DNA of 64,000 nt, taken from positions 22,818,001 through 22,882,000 of the forward strand of contig CM119371.1 of NCBI GenBank assembly GCA_051294905.1, read 5' to 3'. This stretch comes from Botryllus schlosseri. Lineage: Eukaryota. Both the position numbers and the translations under genes were made by a program. Positions 24,905-38,208 of the stretch are shown here, piece by piece. Under the pieces are notes generated by a model that was not told the origin of the DNA, did not search any database, and saw only the letters and a program-made list of their open reading frames with translations. Positions within the stretch are counted from its first letter, which is position 1. Each line of letters opens with the position of its first letter.

Positions 24905-27900
24905 CTGTAAGATTAGAAAAAGAGGCGACGCTTAATGAGGAAGCCGAATGTAAGCACCGCGATAATGCGTCAAATCTATAAGGACATCGAAACTTGTCTT
25001 CATAGCGGTTTACTAGAAGCGGCTTTACATGAATTCGGTAGATTGGTGGGCCAGGAAGTAATTGTTGATGGATAGATTGAAGGTAGATTAGCAAATAGCC
25101 ACCATAGGGGAGGGTCCGAATCCTAATATCGGCACTTTGTGGCATCAAATTGTATACCTTCACGCAGATTCCAATGGGTGAAAACGAGTTAAATATAGGA
25201 ATTCCTATAAAGAGAAATGTACTCAAGAATGCAATGAATTCTCTTTATTGCTCTAACAACGTTTTGCGCCTCTTGGATTGTTAAACAAGACCCACTCCTA
25301 CTGGGATATATCTTCATAAGTTTTGGTGTATTGTATTTGACTTGTTTCAATCAATTGGAACGGGTGTGGAAGATATATTTTGAAGCAGAAAGTGTAGTTT
25401 ACCTTATTTGCACCATATACATATGTTATATTGGAAATTTACTAATATACAGTACTTTTGTTAACACTGTAACACAAAATCTGCATGACTGCGAGAACCA
25501 ACTTATTCTTGATACGATTCTTAAATCGATTGTCGCGAAAAACTTTGAAGTCGGCTGAACGGATGTTCCATCGAAGAAACTTTTTCGCATGGAATGTCAT
25601 AAACTTCAGTCGGAATATAGACAAATTGGCATTACCGTAATAAAGGGCCAGATGTCACGAAATATGAAACAGCAAATATGATGCATCTCATTTTGCATCG
25701 CAATCGACAATTCTCGGCCATCATTTACTACGTTCGCCCCTTCTGACTCACACCACACAAGCTCCATGCCCACTGTATAGCGTCTTATCGTCGCGTCTGC
25801 CAAACTCGTCCTTCAGAAGTTTTTTCACGTTGAGGACGTAACAACATGCGTCCCGAATTTGGAGATTTACCGCCCAGGCAATTAAAAAAAACAGTATCGA
25901 ATACACAAGTATTGATGAGCTAACGCATTCACCTTTTCATGTATATCTGGAGGCATACGCATATACTACATTACATATGAGCACTGATAATGTAAAGTTA
26001 TTACATGTACGTTTATACTGTAAATTTAATATTGTGTAGTGTTTTACTCCTGTTTTATCCGCACGCATATTTTGTAGTCTAGTTTCTAATTGATTTATGT
26101 TCACTGTAAATACCAACACTGCCTCCTAAATGTGGCGAATGTGTATTATCCTCGTGACCTTCCCTAGTAACCGGATAACGCCAGTACAACGAGAAAAAGA
26201 ACCTATCTGTCTGCGAGTACTGACCACTCACCCCCGCAGTAGTTTTCAGTGGCATTGTATTTCCACAGAATCGCTCTCGCTATATTTCTCCAGGTGATAG
26301 TTTCAGAAGATCGCGGAGACTTGGGGTATAGATACAGCGTCGCCCAAAAGTGTTCGTCCGGCGTCCTCGTGTAAGACGTCCAGTTGAGCAGCGCTTTGCC
26401 TTCGACGCTGTCCACGAGTGCCCATTGCAGGTAGTCGCGCGTGAAAACCGCGTACGCGATGTTTTTCGCGATTGTTAAATTGTACGGCGGCGGATCCAAT
26501 AGCTGTTTCGTCTGTTGTAGGACTTGCACGGTGCTGTTTCCAACGGTTGCGTTTTTCAGCCTGCAAAAGCAGTCACGTAAGGAAACAGTACCACGAGAAG
26601 CGAACGATAGTCAAGAATGTTCAGTGTATATCATTGATGGTTGTGGAAATATCAGGGAGTTAGAGATGTACGCAACATGCTTTTTTGGAATCGGGATCAA
26701 ATCATGTTGGATGAATCAGAACCATGATCCAATCTGAATCTTGTTTCCGTCTTTGATGTTAAATTCGTATCCCAAAACTTCTCCTCAAGGATGAACCTCT
26801 ACTACCCCTGTTTCGATATTTTTTATCATTATACCCTGGCAACATATTGAAGTTAAGGATTATTTCGTGTTTGTGGTGCAATGCATACATCAGTCGTGCC
26901 CAATCTCATAGAAATTATTAAAGTAAACATTAAAAAAAAACGATAGTCACGTTCATCTGGTCGGTGTACAACACAGAAACGATTATCAGGAAGCCTATTT
27001 ATGATTACTGATCTTCGACCTTGCTAGAATTTTTTTCGCGTCAGATATTCAGCAACCTTGTAAGTTGCAACTACCGTGATAGACGAAATCTAAAAATAGC
27101 CAATTTACCAATTTACCGAATAGCTTGATTTCAATAGAATCACCTAAATCTTTTTAAACTCAAATAAAATATGAGTAGAACCTCATCATGCTACAACTAT
27201 AGTCTTATGTGGACATTGTATACATGACCTTAGAACGCAATACTGCATATGCTTGTCTGCGTTTGTCGCATTTCAAGTTTCAGGAAATCATTGAGCGCGT
27301 GATCAGTGATCACGCAAGTCACTATTTGGAAGAGTCAATCAAGGCCACTTTACTCAATGGGAAAGGATACAAGTATGTTCAATGTGATTATGTCTCTCCA
27401 TTCCCTTTTAGGTCATCTGTTGTCAATAAACGAAATGCCTGGTTCATGGGATGCCTTTAATAGGATTCGTGGTGATTTAGGAGCAGTAATCTCTATCGCC
27501 CAACCCCAGTCGTAAGCATTAACGACATGACAGGTAATTTCACTTTTGCAACCAATTAATCACCCGGGTTTTAATGTATTAAAACAGTGAGCATTTCGCT
27601 TGATGAGAGAGTCCGCCTCGTTTTTATCGATCAGTTAATTTCACAATGAGCTGTAATGAAATATGAATATGATATTGATCTATACTTTGTCAGTTTACGA
27701 GGGGTTTCGTATATACAAATGAAACCGTCAAACTTGACAAGCTAAACTCACACGTGGATGTACTTCGCCCGGTTTACAGCGATTTCGTTGAGTTGCGTTG
27801 TGCCTGACAAGCACATCCCTCCGTCCATTGATTTAAGCTGATTTACCATCTCCAGATTTGTTCTTGTGGGATAGTCCTGTTTCAAGCGATAAGGCATTAA

Positions 27901-30900
27901 TGAAGACGAAAACTTATATATAAACGCTATCGCCATTGCATATGACTAACGGGCCACAAAATAGGACACTTGGATTAGAAGTACAACTTTGCTATCTCAA
28001 CAGGGAATCGTTAAATGTTTCCAGCCCCAATAATTCGCAGTTATCTTAAACTCACTACTAATTTACGTACAAATGTAGCCCGATGGTAAGTTTTCTATAT
28101 CATGTTTTCCTGTCGAAAGATTATTCATAACTATATGTTATTATCCGATCAAAGCTCCAAATTGGCCTGCAAACATTTGACCCATTACCACGTGACGCTT
28201 CAGCAATCAGCATTTAACTTGAAGCAAAGGACTATAGGGTTGGGTTAGGACGGTTACGGTTACTTCTCGGGTTTGGTAGTCACATGCTCAATTTGGCGTG
28301 TGTCTCTATGACGTATAGTCAATATAACTCATTATGTAGCGGTACTTCAGCAGTATGTCTGTAATTTGGTACCGTAGCTATCCTACGATGCGGGAGACAT
28401 GCAATACACATAGGCATACGTGGCCAATTCCACCTGATGTACCAAGTGCATCGATGCATGGCAATGGAATACAATAGCATGCGACACTAGGGCATGCATG
28501 TGTTTAATATTAAGTATCAGGTTAAGGAGAGACTTGGTATTCGGGTTAGGTTTGTACGATGGTTATGGTAAGCGAATGCAAGGAAGGAAAGGAAAGGACG
28601 TCCTTGATGTTTTTGCGGCATATACCATGAGTGCGTGATGTGCATATGCCGGTGGACAAGGAAGGTGCAGATATAGCCTTTTACGGCTTTCTACGTCTTG
28701 CACCACCCCTCCATGCTATCCCATTAATGCATGAGCGCCAAGCAGGGAAGTCCTGGGTACCAGTGTTACAATTCAGGTCTTTGGTCCGACCCGGCAGGGA
28801 ATCGAACCCACGACCTACCGATCAAGAAGCCGGACGCTTCACCATTACGCTATCTTATCGGTGAATGATTGGGATAACCTTAACGGTAAGTTAAGGAGTT
28901 GAGATAATATAATGCATCTATAAACGAGGTGGTTACCTGACCGCATAAGTTGATCAAGTATTTCCAGTTGTACATATTGGTTGGCACTTTAAGCAAATCT
29001 TCCATGCAGTTGATCTCAGCCCTGAGTCGACTGAAAGACGCATAAACCACCGACTCCCTCTTGGAAGACTCGAATACGTTCGGGAAGCATGCTGACATCA
29101 ACTTCGCTCCTTCAATCATAGCTTTTGGCGATTTCGCGTCGACATGAATACAATACAGGTGCTGGCTTCGGTATATCGCGCCTAGCAGCGACGCCACTTG
29201 GTGAAGATCTTTGTGTATGAGGATGGTAAAGGCCACTGAAAAGCGCATTTCATCAGCGGTAGAATACGTTTTTTCTTGAGTTTTGTTGAAGAAGTGGTAT
29301 CTGCGGAAATTCGTTCCCATAATTATTCGCCGACGTGTATTATACGGTAGGCGTCTGCAATCTGCGGCACCCAGAAAGAAATCCAAGGGTCTATTTTACA
29401 TGCTGTGCGAGATGTGATGTACTACTAATTCAGCATATGTCTAGTATGTCTGGATCAGGCTCAATTAGAATTGAAGATGCTAAAAATACTAAAATAAATA
29501 TATATTGAATTTCCGCAAGGGCATTTCAGACAAAAGTTGTACAGTGCAGACAAAAGGTTTGCGCACTGCGCAATTTACCTCAAGACATTAAAAGTGTTAC
29601 GTGTTCTCATATCTATACTTATTGATACCCACCATCACACTGATACCGTATTCCGATGAAATAACGGGGCTTGTAATTACCGGAAAGCCTGTGCGTGCGT
29701 TCGGGTAGTTAATCTGATATTGAGGTCATGAAAACAACATACATATGACGATGCATACAGAGTGTCATAGTATCAATTGCGGGAGAATTCGTGAAATGCA
29801 AGGCAAGCCTGTTTAAGTGATGCGAAATTGGGAGGTCGAAATCACTGTTCGGTGCGAGGTATTGAATATGAAGTCATATTTACCGAGCATTGTAGGCTAG
29901 ACATTTCGTCCCAGCGGTTGCCAATGGACAGAACAGCTATGACAGTACCGATGTCTGCTTGACACAACATACAACCTACGAATCCAATTTGATTAGGTCA
30001 CCAACGTTTGAGGGTTAGACCCTATATGTTTCTTCTTTAATGATTGTATATCGACTATCGAGTAAGCAAGTGTCGTAGCTGACGTAGTATGCCATTTGCA
30101 GAATAGAGATGGATATCAATATGGATCGGAATGTGAAAAATTATTCCATGTTGGAAGGTAAAAAAACAGGCAAACGACACTTTCTAGTATAAAACGTTGC
30201 CTTCACAGCCAGACCAATGAAAATTTCGTGTATTTATTTTTATATACTAAATACAAACTTTCTTCTCCTGTAGCAATGCAGCTACTGGCTGGAATCGAAC
30301 CAAATTTGATGTGTAGGCCTAAATTAGGAAACCGACCAATTTTATCGAGTAGCCAGTACAATTTGAGAAAAAAATTCATTTTTGAACACCCATAATATAC
30401 ATCCCAGCGGTTGAGTGGGTACGGTTTTCTTGAGCCGCCAAAATAAGGCACACAATGCAAGTGGGGTACACTGTAACAGATCTCGTTACTACCTCGGGAC
30501 ATATCTCCACGCGGGTTGGGTGTTTATGATTGGTTTTCACCCATTGGACTGCTTGTGGAAGCAGAATCAGTTACCGGAAAATGCTGATTGCCTCATTGGA
30601 ATCCTACACTGAGTTGTGAATCTTGTAAAAATACCTGTATTTGAACTCATCGCAGCCCTTTCGTAGAACATCCACGACTTCCACGTCCTCAGTAAGGTCA
30701 GGAACGGCCTTGAATGATGCGTTGACGTATTGTCTTCCCTCTTCTATTATGCGATAGCACTCTTCCAAAGATGGATATTCCGATTTCAAATATGTTGGCA
30801 ATGTCCGCTCTGTTCCATTGCCCGTGTCCGATTCGCGACGCGTTACATGGAAGTAATACTTTCGGTCACTCACGGGAGTCGTGTCGCATAGATTGTACGG

Positions 30901-30981
30901 CAGCGAGCAGTAGGGTAATATTTGCGTGACTGTTATGACTACCGCACAGCCTATAAAGAGCGGTATCAAAAACCGCTTCAT
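24708..30981 (-). CDS. GCNT: GT14 core-2/I-branching beta-1,6-N-acetylglucosaminyltransferase-like gene, copy B, complete, 453 aa: join(30635..30981,28937..29300,27752..27876,26232..26560,24708..24904)
   Basis: Exons of 347+364+125+329+197 = 1362 nt splice in frame from ATG to TGA with canonical GT-AG sites. Type II TM, HVDAKS, NLCGQDYP, TPDEHFW, CVFGAG, LFVNKFD. Confidence 0.93.
26232..26560 (-). CDS. GCNT-like copy B, coding exon 4
   Basis: ttttgcag| ... G|GTGAGT; PPPYNLTI, TPDEHFWATL. Confidence 0.92.
27752..27876 (-). CDS. GCNT-like copy B, coding exon 3
   Basis: aacag|DYPTRTNLEMVNQLKSMDGG...KYIH|GTGAGT. Confidence 0.9.
28581..28861 (-). mobile_element. tRNA-derived V-SINE-like element in intron 2 of copy B
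   Basis: A box TAGCGTAATGG, B box GGTTCGATTCC, core GACCAAAGAC...TGGTACCC...CTTCCCTGCTTGGCGCTCATGCATTAATGGG, (CCTTT)n tail. Confidence 0.8.
28937..29300 (-). CDS. GCNT-like copy B, coding exon 2
   Basis: ttccgcag| ... CAG|GTAACC; VAFTILIHKD, YCIHVDAKS, WKYLINLCGQ. Confidence 0.93.
30215..30393. mobile_element. Single-arm fragment of the 60193-60871 fold-back family
   Basis: ttcttctcctgtagcaatgc.gctactgg...gaaccaaattt shared with ~60730-60860. Confidence 0.75.
30635..30981 (-). CDS. GCNT-like copy B, coding exon 1
   Basis: cttttacag|ATG; MKRFLIPLFIGCAVVITV TM; donor AG|GTATTT. Confidence 0.88.
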
Positions 30982-31392
30982 CTGTAAAAGAGGATGGTCT
31001 CAGAATTGGTATTCTTCGACAAATTCTTCGCACAAGATGTGCCAGATTGCAATAAAAAGTTATTTAGTGCCTCGACCGGTGAATGAACTTATCAAATTAA
31101 CATCTCCTGACCATGTAATAAATATAATGGTGACGTGTATGCCAAGGTTCGGGAACCTCTGGCTCGTGAGAAATATTCCCTCTAATTCTGGACGACTGTT
31201 CGCGTTCTCACCTACTCACTGCGCGGTCCCTTGGACAACAGTGCGTAACGACTAAAAAAAAGGTCATCACTTTGGATGTTTTATGCGCAAAGACCGTGTC
31301 ACCACTGCGCAATTGAGCACGTGTGCAGCTTAGAGGAAACATTGCTCGTGAGTCATATATGGCTCTTCTGCTAATATAATTCGGCTCGGGGA

Positions 31393-31906
31393 TAGGGCTG
31401 GGCACAATGATTCGAGTACTCGAATCTGAATCGAGTATTAATTTTAATGATTCGAGTCGAGTAGTAAAAGACGATTTTTCGAGTACTGAAATTGTACGCT
31501 CCTCACAACTGAAAGTTAATGAACTAACGAGAATTATAGTTTTGATAATATTTGCCACTGAGGAAGTCTTGAAACCTTGATTGGCCGTGTCGTAGCATGA
31601 TAGACATAGCACAAAGCTACGAACATTACTGGAAATAACACATTTCCTAAGTCATGATCGTTCCACAATATTGCCAAGAAGAGCAATGAAGTCAGTATGG
31701 TCGAAAACATATCGAAGTATCATTAATGTGACGGGTAACAAGCATTATGTTCTTCGTGGTGGCATAAAAGGTACAAATTTGAACTTTGACATAGTACATT
31801 CTGTTGTGACGTCATAATGAGTGATACTCGAATACTCGACTCGACTCGAAGCATTTTACGTGATTCAGAATCGAATCACTTGGGTACTCGATTTTGCCCA
31901 GCCCTA
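31393..31906 (+). mobile_element. hAT (Ac-type) MITE family D, copy 1
   Basis: TIR TAGGGCTGGGCA; perfect TSD ctcgggga; TCGA-rich subtermini. Confidence 0.93.
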
Positions 31907-33010
31907 CTCGGGGATAACTTCATAATTTTGCACGTTATTCCCATCTCCTTCATCAATATTGACTCAAGTTTTTGATAAACGTTTGTAACGACCGGCATCG
32001 TTATTCTTATGATAGACGAGACAAGGTTATGAGGTCAAAACAGGGACGTATCCTGAGAAGGGGGTTAGAGCTCAGAAACTATAAAATCTTGAAATTTCTA
32101 CGAAATATTGGCGTCTGATAATTGCTCATTATTATAGGTGAAATGTAATAGGTTTTTCCGGAATAACGCAAATATGCGACGTCCACATTACTTAGTGGAA
32201 TACTGGGGACAAATCTAATCCGTATAGTTCGATAGGGAGCTGTTGTCAATATCTTATCTAATATCGCAATTCCCTGTACCCACTATTGCACGCCTTGAAA
32301 TCTTGGATTTCACAACGCGTTGATTAAACATCGTGACGCCTGTATGACCAGCTCAGCTAATTGACCATTGCTCAATGCATGTTGCGTGATCAAAAGTAGG
32401 ACATCCGGTTGCATTTTGCGGGCGTTAAACATCATATCCGCGTATAAACAGAAATAGGGTGCACACGACGGATCACATGCAGTGAACTTCGATTTGGTGG
32501 CACCACGACGTAACGAATCTATCGTCAATTGTGGTGCAGCCGTCACTTTGAATCATTGTATCTCACTTCCAGATTTACAATTGAAAACATGGAGTTAATA
32601 TGGCTCTTTTGGTGAAGAAGGTAACCGACCCCTGCTGTATACCATCGGTAGATAGTAACACTGTAACTCCTGAACCTACGCTGTTCAGTGTTCATTCCCA
32701 GTGGTGCATACGTAGATCATTGTTTCATTATGTCATCGTGTTCTTACGCAAAAACAAAATAACCGTAGTCAACATTCTTCAAACCTTCATATTCGTAATT
32801 GAATCAATTGAAAACTGTTTCTGGAAATTTACCAAATAACATCTCAAACGAATAACTCCTGAAACTATGGGGACTGCGAAACAAATTTCAGGGGTAAATC
32901 ATTTTTAAACAATATATTATGATTTATGAACTGCTGAACGATCAGTTGGTATACTCCACATATCTGCGGACCAATAATTAAGGCCCAACATATCTATTCA
33001 CATACTAGAA

Positions 33011-33776
33011 CAGGGGTCGCCAACTCGAAATAGGTCGCGCGCCTCTTTGTGGGGCGTATCATTTTTTCCTCTGCTGTTCGCATCTGTAGTGGAGGCTCAG
33101 ATTGCAAAGGACATTGCCATATTAAAATCGAAAATCAACCTGCATTGAACCGCGCGAAGCGCAAAGAAAATTTGAAGAAAAGTTCAAACCTCTCATTAAT
33201 TATAGGGAGTCAATTCGTAAAGTCAATTTGTATATTGACGGCTGTCAACACATCTTAATCGAATAAGTGTCGACGGCCGCATAATTTTCCTTCTACTGTC
33301 GCATATTGGCCACCCCTGGACTAAAGAATCGATATATTGGGGTTAGCTAGATGCGGTACTTGCTGGAAAACTATCCTATCTCCTCGTAAAGCTTGGTCTT
33401 TGTGGGAGCCCGAAGTCGTTTTCTAAGCGTCACTCTCTTGGCAGTGGTGTACCATCGCACGTCAAAGCAATATGCTCGAATGTTCATTTATATCAGCAAA
33501 TTCTTCCTTCGTGGAATGATATTACCATCACCGAAGCCGTATCAGCTAGTGAGAAATAATGATATTAGGCACAATAGAATAGCCTACTTTGAACAACAAC
33601 AACAATATGTTTAAACTGAACTCAATTTCAGCATTTCCAAATGCTTTACGAAAGGCCTTGCCCGCTTTCGGATATAGGCGTCCCGTCCGGCTATGCCTAA
33701 AGCGTTCTTCCAGAATGCCAAATCAGGTCGCGGGCCGCAAAATGTGGCCACGCGGGCCGCGTGTTGCTGACCCCTG
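33011..33776. mobile_element. hAT Charlie/Buster-type non-autonomous element
   Basis: Ends CAGGGGTCGCCAAC / GTTGCTGACCCCTG; perfect TSD tactagaa. Confidence 0.88.
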
Positions 33777-36700
33777 TACTAGAATGTGACTAGATAAGCG
33801 ATTCTGATGATTCGATACACTGCTTTTTTATGAACGTAAATTGCCGTTGCGATACTTTCTAGCCACTGCGGGTGTCTTGAAGTGTGATACCATGCAACAT
33901 TACATTCGATACATGCAGTAGAGTGCTCTTCAGGTGAGACACACGCTCCGGGTAACGATATTTCTGTATATTAGTGACTAGCCCGCATCATCATATCAAA
34001 TCGCGACGCCGTATTGCAATCAGCGACTGTTTAAGTGCCTCTTACCAATATCACGACATAATGAGTGGCACTCGAGTAATTGACCGGACGTGAAGCGTCA
34101 TACTCGTCTCAGAATCAAATTACTCACGTACTCAATTTTTGCCAAGCCCTTGTAAGCAACATATCTAAAACTTCATGATTTCGCACGATACCACAATGTT
34201 ACTACACAGCATTCGGAACAATAATGATATTTGGAACAAGGCAGCGGCAGTGGAATGCTCAGTTGATCACAAATGGTATAACGCCTGGCAATACCCACTA
34301 CCGAAAACGGTTGGGCACCCAGTCTTAAATCAATACTATATTATACCCACGATAGTTGTTCGCGACTGTTTCATTTTAAATAAAATCATCAAGTCAGCAT
34401 ATGGTGAAACATTACAGATAAATTGGGTCGATGTTTTCGACCCGGCGGTCGCCACATTTTGATACGAGATGTAGTCCCTTATCGTTGAATTACCAAAATC
34501 CATCAGAAACACCATTTGCGATATGCGCACCATACTGCTATAAGGACAGAACGTATATTATAATCTAACCCTCTCCAACTATTCTCGTTAACAGGAATCT
34601 ACGATGCGTACAGAAGTCATAACTCGGAATATATATCCTTACTTCGATTGCGGTTACTTATCTCAGTTACCCGCAGCAGAAATCACGTCTTGTAAATACA
34701 GTGTGGACCGGCGCATACTCGCGAGAATAACACGAATCTAGCAAATCAACTTTCTCCTTCAACTGCTTACATTCCAGACCTAGGAATCGTAGAAACAAAC
34801 TCCTTTATCGATCCACCGGCAAATTACCCTAGTTCACGCATGTCCGAGGTCTAGTGGATTCGCATTGTCGCGGTCTTCGCACAATACCGCATCTCACATC
34901 GATTAATAAAAGATCATTGGCTACATCTGCTTTAGCCTGCTTCGCACGACATGCATAACACTGTGACCAATTAATTATATATGAATAGGAACTGGAGTAC
35001 AGCGTGTTTGCTGTTTATAGTGTCAAGAGCGTAGTCTTTGTATGACAAAAGCTTTCCGGTTTTGAAACATGCGTATAGCCAGGATTATTACAGACCACCG
35101 ATGTCGTGGTTATAATCAAGAACGTGACTGTTATATATCGACGCAACGAATTTCTCCAACATTGCTGTAGGTGAAATTAACGGCGCTATTCACATTTCAA
35201 ACTGGTCCACGCACGGTCGATTCCATTCACTATGGCAAAGGTGTGCTATTGAATACCGGATTCGGAGTCTGTACACAGTGCTGTGAGTATAGTGTGCTTA
35301 ATATTTTCATGTCAAAATCCTTATAGAAATAACCTGCCCGATACGTTGTATCTTACATTCTGTTGGTAATGTTACCGCTCTCAACATACTAACAATTCAG
35401 CAAAGCTATCAAATACAGTTGACGTTATCTGAATATGTATCATGCATTTATGATTAATCCATTAACTACGATTGACATCACGACGCGAAATACCTATTAC
35501 CCAATGCACTGTAACGTAAACCTTTTACAGAGGTGCTCACTTTTTGCAATGTACATCAGTGTAAAATCACACCAAGTGTCCAATACCTCCATCCCTCCTA
35601 CATTCATTCGCTCAGGTGGCAGGGTCTTTTACGGTTTTGAATTGATTTATAAGTCACGACTGCGATTCATGTTGAGTATGTGTGGTAAAAACTGTTTTTC
35701 TAGCCTCTAATTACGCCTACTCGAAGGACGAGTGAACGACGTTTAATAATCGAATATTATAATAGAATGATTCAGGTAGTCGATTTTGCCTAGCCCCAGT
35801 AGTGACTTTTATCAATCACCTCATGTCGGATTGAGTTACCTATTCAAGCTCAATGGTCGGCTACTATAGCAAGCTATTCATGCAACGTTTAACGTTTGGT
35901 AATTGCGTACTAGATAAAATCCACGTGCAGTCGCCGGTCATTAGTTTTAACTGATGCTTTATTACTGCAGAAACGTAAAATAGTTTGGGAAACCAAAATA
36001 AAGCACAACTTGCCATTCATTGATATGGCAATCCACGTCATAACGTAATTCGCTCGAAGCCCGGAAAAACATCATGTTGTTTGTGTAATTGTTACGATAC
36101 ATTCCTGTAGCCATGTCAAGTCAGTGCGTTACATGCACGACGCCATATGCCCCTATGCGATAGTTTATTGTCGATACCAATTTCACTTCAACCATTTTCG
36201 CACTGAAAGCATTGTGCAATACGTACTGCGCAGTGATAAATAGTTTTAATATTCAGACGGCAATGAACGTTTCATCAAAACAATATGTATGGCCGACGCG
36301 TGAAATTCGATTACATATCAGGATTATTAATATTACTAATCAGTCCAAACGGCGAGTTCTAGAGTTTGGTTAGAATATTTTGTACATTTTGTGTTGAATT
36401 GATATGTCTCCCCGTCCCCCAAATTTCGTTTCGCGACCCCTGCGGGCCCCTTGACCACATTTGGCAACCATACATTAGGCAGTGTTAAACAGACTATTTT
36501 GAGCTACCGCGCCCTGGACAACGAATAAAGTGTCACTGCCACCGATCCCCCTCGCCACGTCTAAATAATAAAACGATATAGTTGTTCTGCATTTATTACA
36601 GCTAATAACGAGACGGATGAAGCTGGTGTATTATTATTATCATCATCCTTGTAATATGAGGTTTGAGTTTTGATAAGAACAATCTCATTTAAAATCTCCC

Positions 36701-37755
36701 GTCCCCGCGCTCCGTACTGTCAAGTCGGTATCTGCTGTGATTCAGAAACTTTGTCACGGCTCTGGGAACACGTTCTATTAAATATGTATGGGGAAGGGCA
36801 ATTGCGATAAAATCAACCGTTCTCCAGTGGGAGCATTTCAATTCGATTTAATTGTGTATCCAGAAGGATTGATTGGAGATATTGAACTCGGGTTGAACTC
36901 AAAATTGCTCTTCACTATAACAATGTATTCAGCTCCGCAGGCATTACATGCTCGGAAACTTTACAGAATGGATTGATTGTCCAGTATGGAATTTCAAATT
37001 GGAATATAACCTGAAATCAAATCATCATATCCTCGTGCAGTTTTCTGAGATGATTGATTTATGCTTCTCCCTCACAATTGGGTATTCGAGCTGGAGCGGT
37101 AGCTCATGCAAGCTTGAGAATTGGAATAGTACACGTGACGCAAAATTTCGGTGAAATATCACAGGCTTATGACTGAATCCGGGTAGTGGCACTTTCACCT
37201 TATCCGGTTTCATCATTGCTAAGAACGGACAAATGCTACTCATAGATTTTGGAAAGCATGTCCTTCAGAACGCCGTGTCGGTAGCCACGGTCGCAGTACT
37301 GTGGGATATTCACGATCGTTTGAACCAGAGAATAAAATCACGCAAAACAGTTTCTCTTACAAAGCCATTACACACCCTGCAGTGAGCAATAACTGCTCAA
37401 ATACTTCGTAGTTCTCACATTATACCATGAACCACGCTTTTCAGGGATTCTGCCGACTGCTAAATTAGTCCATTGATGGCAGGATCAACATTATCAAGTA
37501 ACGACGGACTTTTCCGGTAGAGCTGATTGAATGGACGGACGACCCTAAATTATTTATCAATCGTTTCAACACTACGCAGCAGTTGCCTTCTGAACCGACA
37601 CCGCTCTTATTGGCTCTCATCGCTCATCTACCGCTCAATGTCATATTTAGTGCCTCCCAATCGCCCATTTCATGGCCAGCGGCCCATTCACGCTCGCGAA
37701 TGCCCCAGGTGGGCGCTGGCGCCTTCTTTGGGAACCACTGCATAAGAGCATAGAC

Positions 37756-38208
37756 CAGTGGTTCCCAACCTGTGGTACGCGAAGGTCGTCCAGGTGGTAC
37801 ACGAGTAGAATTTTTTTTCGACCGAAGGGAGTTATTAGTTCAGGTGTGGTTGATTTTTGAGTTTTTTGAAGCCGTCGTCGTCATGCTAAGGTCGTTGTCG
37901 TGGGTAGGGGCAATACCATCAATGACGGCCTACGGGGGAGAGATGTTGTCGTAAAGCATTGGGATTCTTACCTAACCAAATTCCGTTTTATGATATCTGA
38001 CCACAAGAATTCAAAATATATCCGTTACTGAAATCATATACTACGCCTAAAAATGGGCAGTTTATTTTCTGTTTCGCTTCCGTCGGCAGTTCAACACGAT
38101 GGAAACATTTTTGACCGCCTTCGGGGCACCTAACTTATGTAGGTGGCACGCGAGCACCGCATAAAACCTCGGAATGGTACGTGGATGGAAAAAGGTTGGG
38201 AACCACTG
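37756..38208. mobile_element. hAT MITE family B, copy 2 (inverted relative to 4802-5349)
   Basis: TIR CAGTGGTTCCCAACCT; TSD gcatagac/gcatggac. Confidence 0.88.

Noticed and set aside
24905..25226. N-terminal part of the 172-aa ORF 24708-25226
   Set aside because: Lies upstream of the acceptor at 24905; it is open intron sequence
36780..37520. Protein-looking stretch (e.g. IVNIPQYCDRGYRHGVLKDMLSKIYE)
   Set aside because: Frequent stops in the frames read, no recognisable domain and no consistent splice pair
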